The position numbers and the translations under genes were made by a program. From contig MNCI01002478.1 in NCBI GenBank assembly GCA_015680685.1, positions 12,945 through 76,944 on the forward strand: a stretch of 64,000 nt of DNA, given 5' to 3'. This DNA comes from Gnetum montanum (lineage: Eukaryota; Plantae; Gnetophyta). The notes under the pieces were generated by a model, which saw only the letters and a list, made by a program, of their open reading frames with translations, did not search any database and was not told the DNA's origin. Positions 36,609-48,355 of the stretch are shown here, in pieces; the stretch's first letter is position 1, and the number at the start of each line of letters is the position of its first letter.

Positions 36609-39093
36609 ATGAATCCATATCTCTTCAAGTTTTCATCTTCAATGGAGAAAATTATGAGTATTGGACAATCAATATGTAAACATTCTTAATCTTACAATAT
36701 CTATGAGATTTTGTTAAGAATGGATTCAAAGATGTTAATTAAGAAACATTTCAAGCTTTGAAGGAAGAACAAAAGAATGAAGCCAAAGAGCTTCGTATGA
36801 AAGATGAAAAAGCATTATTCATCATTCAATGTAGGTTATATGTAACAATCTTTCTCAAAAGTATTATATATCAGCCTACCAAAGCTACATGAGATACACT
36901 AGAGATTGCATACAAGGTATCATCAAAAGTTGATGTTGTTTAGCCACAAGTATTAAGATAAGAACTTGATGCTAGATTTAGAGAATATTAATCAACACAT
37001 CAACCAATTTCAAAAATTTTGAAATGAACTTGAATCTTGTCAAGAAACACTTGAGGAAAGTTGTATTGTTGAAAAGATCCTTTAAAGTGTAACTAGATGT
37101 TATGATCCCATCATTGTGGCTATTGAAGAATCAAGAGATCTCAATAAGATGACCACAGTTGAGCTCATAGGAGGCTTAAGGACATACAAGTAAAGGATTG
37201 TTGATCATGAGGAGTGAATAACAAATGCATTTCAAGGCCAATTTCAGAGGACATCAAATCAAAATCAAAATCAATGATCCTCATGCATATCCTCATTTAG
37301 AGGACATGCATGTGGTCATAGTAGATCTAGAGGATATGGAAGATCAAATCAAACAAAAGAAGGTAAGCATTATAATACTCCTAAATGTTATTCTAAAAAG
37401 AATTATTAAAAAAAGGGCAAAGAAAAAATTGTAGAAAATGAAGATCAAGAAAAGGATCAACAAAAAGGTGAATAATTTTTTTATATTGAAAATAAGTAAG
37501 ATCAATTCTTGGTCAAATGTTGGCAACAACATCAATATTTGATATGTTGATAGTAGGTGCAACAATCACATGATAGGGAATAAGAAATTATTCTCAAGTT
37601 CAGAAAAATATGATGGAAAGGTAACTATAGGTAATGGGAAGAAGTTAACCATTACAAAGATTGGGTCACATGGCTTCACAACAACTCAAGGTAACAGATA
37701 TATTATTTCTAAAATTTACTTTGTTCCAAATCTTTCAAAGAATTTATTAAGTGTGAAACAATTATGTCACATTGGGTATCATGTTGAATTTGAGAAAGAT
37801 GTTTGTAAAATCTCTAAGGTTGATGATGAGAAAGGTATTTTTATTATTCCTATTAGAAAAAATAATATTTATAAGCTACAAGCTCAAAAGGATGTTCATT
37901 ACCTCACTATCATAGAAGAAATAATATGGCTATGGCATGCTCAATTAGGACATGTCAACTTTGGCTCAATGGACCACATGAAAAAAGGAGAAAGTGGTAA
38001 AACAATTAAAAAAATGTAGATAGATCATGATAATGAATTTTTATCCAATAGGTTTGATGAATTTTGCAAGAAAAATGGGATTATTTGTTGAAGCACCACA
38101 TTATTTGCACCCCAAAAAAATAGAATAACTGGGAGAATAACATGACTGTGGTTGAAATGACAAGGTGTTTGCTTTAAATGTTTAGATTAGAAAATCTTGT
38201 TTAGATGGAAGCATCTTCAAAATCAATTTATATTTTGAATAGAATGCCATCAAAATTCATTCAACATCAAACACCATACGCATTATGGTTCACCTTGCTA
38301 TGTTCAAATTCCAATACAAAACAAATAAAAAATTAGATTAAAAGGTAAGGCAATGCATTTCTATTGGGTACTGTGCCCACACCAAATGTTATAGATGCTA
38401 TGATTCTAAAAATAAAAAGGTATTAGAGTCTCATGATATGTCTTTTAAAGAAAATAGTAGCATTGTTACTCCTATGACAAATGAGGACATTACAACTAAA
38501 GGTAACTTTACAACAAATACTAAAAAAATAGTGAATCCCGTTTGCAACTATTACCACCCATTGAAGGTTTTAACAATATTTCTACATTAATAGTTGCACC
38601 CATCAATCAAAACCATGTAACATAACAAAGAGAGATACCACATGTGCTACCACTAAATGATTATGCCAACCAATATTTTATGTCATTGCATTCTAGTACC
38701 AATATTCCATTTCCAATGCATGATCCTATTTCAACTAGAACATTTGAATCTCCTCCTCACCTTATGGAGCCAATGCCAACCACTTCTTTTTCTACCACTA
38801 CTCCATGTTGAAGTGTAACTTCTACTAGCTCTCTACACAATATTCTATCTATTACTCACCCTCATAACCATTCCTCATCCATCCTTCCCTCTAGTTTAGT
38901 TTCTCCCTCCATGATGTCTTCCTTCTTTTCTTCAGTATAAATTCCACCATCTTCTAGTTGGCTACCTATCACCCAACCTTCCAAAAGGTGGATTCTAATT
39001 TCATAGGTGCATGATCCATAGTCACTTTTAGGAAGATAATGCTTGGCCAACTAGGACATGGAACTTGCTACAAATGCTCTCTTCATTGCCATG
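36609..39093 (+). pseudogene. Copia gag-protease-integrase (degenerate, internal integrase deletion near 37990)
   Basis: FNGENYEYW, IVEKIL..V...YDPIIVAIEESRDL, YVDSRCNNHM, YFVPNLSKNLLSV, WLWHAQLGHVN, DHDNEF, KLD*KVRQCISIGY. Confidence 0.9.
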
Positions 39094-39994
39094 TGATGAA
39101 GTGTCATTAAGTCAATATGTTGATGGGCCCGCATATATGGGCCCACGTATACGCGGCCGTGTCGACGTAGCCTTCCTACATCAACGTGGCCCCGTTTATG
39201 TAGGCACCTATCTCAGCCTATAAATAAGAGGGCCTTCTGCCTCATTTAGGCAACTTTCAGTTAGTTGTAGCGAAGCTCTTGTAGTTTGTTCTCACAAGAG
39301 ATAGAATATTTTCCAGGTGCTCGTAGTAGGTGTAAGAAAAGTAATCAACTCTTTATTTAAGCATTGATGTATCTGAGCCCATTGACATGATGGTAATAAA
39401 GATGAACTATTCAAGCATTCCTTGCAGCATTTGGACTTAGCTATTTTATGCATTCAATAGTTTAATATGTTTATGCTTTGTTAGTTACTTGTTAATTACT
39501 TAAGTTTCTATTATTGATATTTTAATCACTATCGCTTATTCATAGTTCATAAAGGCCATAAGTATGACCATCTCGAACGTAAATCAAACACTTGGTAAGC
39601 CTAGTGACGCTTAATGTCTGGTAACCCAGAAGTGTCAGGAGATGCTCAGAACGTGCTTGGAAGATGGGATTGGATAATTTTGCTAGGGATAGTTAGAGTA
39701 TAAGCTAGGATAATCATAGATTAGATAATAGTTTATTCCTTACTTTTCATACCTTAATTAGCCACCAAAAGATATGCAAAAAATATATAAAAATAATTAG
39801 CCCTAATCTCACTTAACCATTGTAATTAGAACATCACAAGTGAGATTAGGAGAAAAACAACTATTCTAACCCAAGGTTTCACTGGTTAGAGTCTGGTGTA
39901 TGTTAAGTGCTTACAACCTACGAATTTCGACCAAGTTGTGTATGAACGCCTGTGATTCGTATGGTTGGGCATAGGGGTACCTAGCCGCTAATCA
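39094..39994 (+). repeat. Athila-like 5' LTR (901 bp)
   Basis: Colinear with 51459-52373. TATAAATA at 39219-39226 preceded by GGGCCC motifs. Confidence 0.95.
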
Positions 39995-39995
39995 T

Positions 39996-40013
39996 TGGCA
40001 CCATTGCTGGGGA
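39996..40013 (+). promoter_or_regulatory. PBS, tRNA-Asp
   Basis: TGGCACCATTGCTGGGGA versus Athila-type TGGCGCCGTTGCCGGGGA. All three mismatches are at CpG sites. Confidence 0.9.
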
Positions 40014-40169
40014 CTATTAAGTATTACATGTGTCATCTAACCTTAGTGAAATTATCATTCAAGTCATTGGAAAGGACCCAGGATAGAAATATTTATGCAT
40101 GCTAGGCAGATTAAAGTTAGTAGTAAGGTACATTGATTACATGGACCATCTAACATCCAATATGTCTTC

Positions 40170-43100
40170 TTGCAGGAGGGAGATATCCACCCCACTGGTG
40201 CCATAGGAGTGTTGGGTGGTGTACAAGAATCCCGATGAGTATGTCCATGATTTCATGTTCATCCTACATCAAGATGAGCATCTATGATGGAGGGACATGG
40301 AAGAAAATATTCTGCACCCTCCTGACCGATCGGCTCCTGCGATGCTATTTCACAATCTTGGTAGATTAGGCATCCAAGACCTTAGAGTAGAGTACGTCAT
40401 GGAGGACCATGACTACCGGGACTACCATCCCACTAAGGCTTAATGAGTAAGAGATTAGTAGAAGGTGACAAATATGAATAGCTGAAGAGGAAACAATTCA
40501 GTAATCCCTTATTTTCGCAAGGGTTGCTAGATGATGGGGATCCCATCTTTCATGACACCCATTCAACCGAACTTCCCCTGGGATAGTAGGTCCTCCAATC
40601 CATGATTCATTTCAAGCATCTAGGCAGCCAATATACCCAAGGGGATGGAGGGCTACATAGCAAAGATGAATGGGATGATCTAGACCATCATCACGGTAGA
40701 GGGAGAGATCCCTCTCCTTCTTCTCCATCCTCTCACTCTCCTTCTCCTTCATCCAGCTCAGGCTCTTATCATAATTGAGGTAGGAGGAAGCAAAAGGACA
40801 AGGGAAAATAGGTTCGAAAGGATCAGAAGGAGCAACGTGAGGAAACATGTGAACAATCGCGTGATGCTCATCACCAGAAAAGGAGGGATGGCTGAAATCA
40901 TCATAGACATCAAGGTCCCTAGCAAGACTATGATTCAGATGAGCCATTATTGGCTACCCAGAGTATGCTCTAGATCTCTGAGACTACTCAAATCCCTAGT
41001 ATGCACATGAAGGACAACTGGATCAAGCACGTTGATATGAACAACATCCCCATATTTGAAGGGGGATATAACTGTGATATGCAAACTCACCTGTAGGAAT
41101 TCCATGATGCTTGAACCCTTCAAAACATTGACAATGATTAGAAGAGGCTGAAGCTATTCCCTTGCATGCTCATTAAAGAAGTTGAAAGTTGGTACCAGTC
41201 CTTGGAGACAAAATCAATCAGAAGATGGAGTACGATGCTTGAAATTTTCAATGATAAGTATCAAAGGTACTCCAAAGTGGTGAATCTGAGATGACAAATC
41301 CAAGGATGGAGAAAAGGAAATCATGAACCCTTGGATGCTGCCATGAGCAAGTACTACTCATTGTTGCATCGGTGCCCTAGTCATAGTTACTCTCAGTGGG
41401 CACAGCTTCGCTACATCATTGATGGGCTCTGTTTTGAAATGCGAAAGACCCTAGCGTGTATGCCTAGGGGTGACTATTAGAGCTAAGGGCCCATCAATTG
41501 CAACACATCTATGAATAGGTGGTCAAGGAGGAAGGAGAACTTAGAAAAAAGGAGAGTGCAGAAGAATTCAACTGGGATCCTTCCCTCAGAAAAAGGGAAG
41601 TCCATTTTTGTGATGAGGAGGAAGAATCATCACTATAAGTAGTGGAAACTAAAAGAACTTGGCATTACAAAAGTTCACATCTGAAATTTCGGCAAAGGTG
41701 GATAAGATGTGGGACTCTTTGGATAAAAGAGTCCAAAGCATGTTGAAAATCATAGAGGAGTCCAGAGAATGAGGTAATGACCGCGATTGGCCAAGGAAAA
41801 AGGAAGCTAAACAGGGAAAGGACAAGGTTGTTGTAGCAGAGCAGGTTGCAGACTCTGACACTGAGGAGGAAGATGAATGTGACATATGTCAATATGGACA
41901 TCCTAAGGGATGTTGTCCTATGGTTTCACAGCTTTAAGAGTCTGGGATATACGCATTGAACCCTCACTTGACACGATGGCAAACACCCCGAAGGTTGCCT
42001 TATTCACAAGGCAATTCTAGGTAGTTCCACCAGCAGCAGCAAGGATACTATCCAAGTGGAGCACCACCGCAATCATATGAATACTTCCAATAGTGGTAGC
42101 ACCCACAAATATGGGGGATTCCACCTCCAAGGTAGTAGTACCCTTACAAATAGCCAGATCCCTATGGGTACTATGTTTAGCAACTGATCTCTCCAAGGGA
42201 CTCTTCCAGCCATGCGGCCTTTCAAAGTCATTACCACCCCCTAGAGTATTTTTTCCCTCAATCTCCATCGCCTTGGGGGGAAAACCAACATCTCTTTTAT
42301 CCTTCATCTTCTTCTCCTATCACTTCTCCACCACATCCCACTCAGCTGTCGCCTGCACCTCCGATGTAGGGAGAGATACCTCCACAGCTGCAACAACAAA
42401 ACTCTACGAGGACTATTAACATGCAACTGGCACCTTAGCCAAGTGGACCAGAATCCAAGCCATGAAAATGCCCTTTTTTTCATCCCAACAATCTGAACAT
42501 ACCGTGGCATACACATGTGGCCAGTGCCTTTGAACCTACAAGTGCCTCCACTACTCCACCACCTGAACAACCTCAAAGCTAACAACAGCCACACTCCAAC
42601 ATCTAGATGATCATGCTCACACATGTCATGATTGACTGGATCAAAGCTAGTAATCTTCCCTAAAAATTGACTAATTTAGGAAGCCCCCTCATCTATCTTC
42701 AGGTGGCAGGGAATGAGCCATCCAAAGCTCTTCTAGATTCGGGGTTAGGGATCAATTTGATTTCTCATGATATGTACAAGAACTAGAACCTACCCCCACT
42801 AAAGAAGATCAACATCCAACTCGAGTTAGTAGACTAGTCCATCACTGTTCCCTTGGGATTGGTGGATGACATTGTGACCATTGTCTATGGGTAGTCCTAT
42901 CTTGTTGACTTCCTGGTCATCCATGTAGAGAACTGCAAACTGAACTTCCCAACCATTATGGGAAGGACCTAGCTAAGAACAGTGGTGCACGATTAGGCCT
43001 CTGTGATCTATCCCTTGAAATTTTAAAGGAAAATCCTTTCAGGAAGGTTGAGAAGAAACATGTTTAATGCATCATGTATAGTGAATCAGGGTGCAACTGT

Positions 43101-46100
43101 GTGCAGCAATTATGGTCTGCTAAGTAGATATCTCTTCAAGCATGTAGTCGGTGTACTGAGGAATCACCTGTTCAACAAAGCCTATACATAGTAGCCACTA
43201 ACCAAGAAGGCACCTAGTGGTTGATAGCTGATCCTACTAGCAGCAACTTGTGCATGGAACCATCAGAGGGGCTTGTACAAGCCTACATCGATAGTAGAGA
43301 TGAAATGGAGGAGATTCATCAATAGGTCTCCACTATTAATGACCAATATGACTAGGGGAAGCTAGAAATCCCTAAGAGCTTCAAATAAGAGCCCCTTGAG
43401 TCAAAGTATTTACCAGCTCAGTTAGAGTATGCATTTTTGCAAAATGAAAAGTCGGTAATCATTAATGCCACCCTTGCTCTAGAATAGAATAAGAAGTTGC
43501 TGGAGGTGGTAAACAAATGGGTTGCTACATTCGCATGGTTATATCCTAAGTTGACTAGAGTTGATCCCAGGGTCTGCTAGCATCAGATCTATCTTGACCC
43601 TTCCATGAAGCCACGACGATAGCCATCAAGACAGTTGAATCCCAAACTAAAGAAAATCCTAAAAGATGAAATTGAACAATTGCTAAAGGTGGGATTCATC
43701 TATTCTGTCATCGATAGCGAATGGGTTAGCCCACTCATTATTGTACCAAAGAAAGGTGGCAACTGGAGGGTCTGTATTGATTTTTGATTGCTCAATATGG
43801 TGACCTTCAAGGACCACTTCCTACTCCCATTTGTGGACCAGGTGTTGGACATCATAGTAGGGCACTGCTACTATAGCTTTTTGGATGGTTATAGTGGTTA
43901 TAATAAAATCCAAATAGCACCAAAGGACCAGGCCAAAACTACTTTCAGGAGTCCATGGGGGACTTCGCATACAAGAAGATGCCCTTTGGCCTGTGCAATG
44001 CACCCGCTACATTCCAATGTCTTGTCCTAAGCATCTTCCAACAACAAATCGACAATGGTGTGGAAGTATTCATGGATGAATTCTCCACCTATGGGGCCAC
44101 GTTTGAGCAACCCTTGGACCATCTAGAGTAGGTTCTGAAGAGGTGTGTAGACACCAATCTGTAGCTCAATTGGCAGAAGAGCCATTTTATGGTACAAGAG
44201 GGCATGGTGCTAGGGCATTGCATCTCACAAACAAGGATTAGCATAAATCCTAAAAAGATCAGAGTTATCCAAGGAATCACTTGCCAACCAAGTACCATCA
44301 AAGATGTTCAGTGATTCCTTGTACACACTGGTTACTATCGGCGATTCATTGAAAACTTCTCGAAGATTGCCAAGCCATTGGTAGAGATGAGAAAGAAGGA
44401 TGCTTTGTTCATTTGGACCAAGGAATACGAGTCTAAATTCCAAGTGCTAAAATAGAAACTCGTAGGAACTGCAGTTGTACAAGCCCTTGATTGATCCAGA
44501 TCCTTTCACATTATGATAGATGCATCCAACTATGCTTTGGGGGCCATGCTTACATAGTGTGATGATCAAAAAAATCTCTATTATATTCACTATGCAAGTC
44601 ATAGCATTGTAAGTGCTCAGTTGAACTAAACCACCATCGAAAAGGAGTTGATGGCAGTAGTGTTCGTCTTGGACAAATTTCAGCACTATGTGCTTAGATA
44701 CATGGTGTTTGTGCATACTAACCATAGTGTTATCTAGTTCTTGATGAACAAACCAACAGTGAGCCCTCGCATAATCCAGTGGCTTGTGATTCTTTAAGAG
44801 TTTGATCTTACCATGGTAGACAAGAAGGGGACTAAGAATGTGGTTGCTAACCACTTGTCTCGATTACAATGCGATGACACAGAAGAGGATAAGCCTTTAT
44901 CCAAGAAATTTCTAGATGAAATCCTCTTCATAGGTGTAGTTGATCCGCAAATAACCAAGGAATCCCTTTGGTTTAGTTGCATCATCACCTATGTCACCAC
45001 TCAAGAGTTTCCAAAGGAGTGAAACCATCGGTAGAAACAACAGTTTCTCCATAAGGGCAAGCATTTCATGGAAATCAATGGCCACCTATACAAGGTGTGC
45101 ATAGATGGCTTGATTCGATGGTGTATCCCTGATGATGATACGTTGCGCATCCTCCAGGATGCTCATAAGGGCCCTTGTGGGGGCCACTATGCTAGACACC
45201 GCACTGCCATTAAGATTCTAGTTGTAGGGTATTAATGGCCCATCATCTTCAGGGATGCACAATGGTTCACCCACTTCTACAAATGATGCCAGAGGGATGG
45301 TGGGATGATGGCATGGTTGGTGGAACCTCAGTAGTGGATCTAGCCACTAGAGCCCTTTGACATTTGGGGCATTGACTTCATGGGATCCATCACACCCCTG
45401 TCAAATGGAAAGGCATATATCATCATCGCTATGGACTACTGTACAAAGTGGGTAGAAGTGGTAGTGGTTGTCAATTGTTCTTCCAACATCGCCGCACGAT
45501 TTGTCGAACAACAAATCATTAACAAGTTTGTAGTACCATGTGCACTCATTTTAAATAATGGAACTCATTTTACAGGTGTCACTTTTCAGAAACTTATGCA
45601 ACACTTAGGGGTAATGCATAAACTCACAACTACCTATCACCCCCAAGCCAACGGGCAGGCCGAAGTCACCAATAGGGAGATCACCAAGATCCTTACCTGA
45701 ACCATCAGCAAATATAGGAAGGATTGGAGCACTAAGCTTAAAGATGCCCTATGGGCCTATCGCTCCACTTGGAAACTTCCTGTAGGGTACTCTTCCTATG
45801 AGTTATTGTACAGAAAGTTGCCAACACTTCTAGTTCAAACCGAACTCCGCACACTATCCACCACTAGTGACTTTGGCCTTGACCTACGACTAGCACAATG
45901 TGAACAACTGATCAATTTAAGTGTGCTAGATGAGAACTGATTAGTGGCCCTATCCTCCAATGAGATCCGCAAGGCCTACAATAAAAAACAACATGATCTT
46001 AGGATTCAGAAGATCACATTTAGATGTGGAGACAAGGTGTTGTACTAGAACCCCTCACACGTATCCCAATCAACCAAGTTTCAAACATTGTGGGAGGGAC

Positions 46101-46220
46101 CTTACATTATCTTTGAAACCTTTCCATCTAGGGCCTTGCTCATCCACAAACCTATGGACCCTACTAGAACACAGTTAGTCAACTGCCAACAACTAAAACC
46201 TTTCCATGAACTCCACTCAA
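40170..46220 (+). pseudogene. Degenerate gag-pol (gag, protease, RT, RNase H, integrase)
   Basis: IPIFEGD..KRLKLFP (gag ~41050-41160), ALLDSG (~42726), YSFLDGYSGYN (~43870), VFMDEF (~44066), IDASNYALGAML (~44517), CGGHYA (~45177), WGIDFMG, YHPQANGQAE, WEGPY (~46090). Confidence 0.93.
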
Positions 46221-47869
46221 CCAGTGCAACCATCTCATCATTACTAAGTCAGCCATGCTCCATTTTTCATGTCTCCTCCTTTCCACCCAATCATGGTGGA
46301 GACCGTCCTCCCTGCTGATCTATTCCTCTACACCCCTCGCCATTTTGTTATTTTTATTGTTGTTTTACACTTTTTTGTTTTTCACCATCATTTATACATT
46401 TTGAAATTCTTCGTACATTTTTTCCTTTCTTTACTTATTTTTTCATTTCTTTCTGAATTTTTTACTGTTCTTTTTCTTTTTATTGCGTAATTGCTAATCT
46501 AGCATCTTGTCATCTTCAGATGCTTGGTGCGGATGGTTTTCATTCCAAAGGGTAATGTGCACTTGTCCACCTAGTTGTCTAGTTTCTATCCTCACATGGT
46601 TCTTTTTGGACTTTACATCTACTTTCCACTCATAAAATTAGTAGTAAGTCCATGTCATCCATCCATTCACCCACTCCATGGTTTTCCTTTTGTTGTGAAC
46701 ATGAAACCCCTTCACTTAACAACATTTTAACAAGTGTGTGACATGTGTAGTTCCAAAACTTAGGGATGACCCACTAGTTTGAATCGGGTGTGACTTCAAG
46801 GGGATTGCAATATTCATTCTTCTGTTCTATCCCTTGGGTTGTTGGTATGTACTTATGGATTTCCTACTGCTCCACGTCCCTCTCTCCATAGAAGCTTCTG
46901 GGCAATTTGACATTGCATGGTGTGGTCCTCACTAAAAAAGAAATTCAAAAACACACAACAAAAACAACAAAAACACAAAAAGAGAATGAAATAAAAGAAA
47001 TAAATATGAGGATTCAAAGCACACCCCTTGGTTGGATGCATGCAAACATGCATGGGTGTTTGCATGGTATGGTTCCCCTGAAATAGAAAAAAAAATCCCT
47101 GTGGAGGAATTCAAAGCACACCCCTTAGACCACCTCTCACAGGACGCCGCAGTTGTTATGGAACTTCCTTAGTCCCCTCTAACTTTATCTCGTTTCACTT
47201 CCTTCCTCTCACGTTTGCTGGAGTGGTGGTTCTCTATGGGGTCATTCTTGCCTCCTTGGGGGATGATCAAGCTTCATCTATTGCTGTGATGTCACTGCAT
47301 GCGGATGGTTTTGGGTCTGAACTTAAGAATGATTTTACTGGGTCACTTAACCACATCTTCACATGGGGTTTCATGTGACCGATGATCAAAATCCCATTCT
47401 CTCGTCTCTCTCTTCACCTAGTTCTCTCCAAAAATCACCTCACTACTTGTTTTATGTTGTGAGGGTTTGTCATGATTTCCATGGGTTTCCATGCCTAGGC
47501 AGGCTCTCTTGGGTCGGAGTCTTACCTCACGAACACCATTTCTTGGCCGTAGGGCCCATGGACCCTGGTGTTGACGGCTATGCAAAGGCTACTAAGGCTA
47601 TGGCCTGCTATGGGGAGGATCCACCTGCATCTCCTTGGTCCCACTTCTTAAGTCTCCCATCCTTTGGATTTCATGGTTGACTCATTTTCGGATCCCATCG
47701 CTTGATTTATTGCCCGCAGAGTTCTTTTTGAGTTCTGTTCTCCTATTTTTGTCTCCTTTCCATGCTTAATTACCTTCCTCATGTCCTAAGCCATGTCTAG
47801 GCCTCTCACGCACTTCAACTAGTCCAATTTTCCATTTTCAATTCATCATTTCGGGCTTGTTTAGGGTTC

Positions 47870-47990
47870 ATCAATGCTAGTCAACGAGTGCACACCCCTG
47901 CGTTGATGAGGCCCCATCGATGCAGTGACTGTGTATATGAAACCATGTATACATGGTCCCATTGACACAGGACCTAATCCCTATATATAC
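47870..47990 (+). promoter_or_regulatory. Putative internal promoter for the extra ORF
   Basis: LTR-U3-like GC motifs (gttgatgaggccccatcgatg, catgtatacatggtccc) followed by CCCTATATATA (TATA 47982-47989). Confidence 0.5.
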
Positions 47991-48355
47991 CCTCTGCACT
48001 TTGTCATTTTTCATCATTTTGAGTTCAAATTGGGGGGATTTTTTTCCATTTGTTTTGCCTAACCTTTCCCAACTCACCTACATTCCATCGTAAGTCCACA
48101 TCAACCGATCCTTGTCCTTTTAAGCAACCGGAGGTATGCTCTCAGTCATGGAGGCAGTGGTGCCTTTGTGAAATTAACTATAATTAATTGATTAGTTAAT
48201 TACAAAAAATTTTGGCCCTAACCCATAAATTAATGCTTCAGAAGACTTAACGGTGTGCTTGTGCCAACAACATAACTTGGTTAAACTAAGATGGTATATA
48301 CTGACCATCTTAAGCTACTTATGAATGGTCTAACATGTGGTTATGTTGATTGCAG

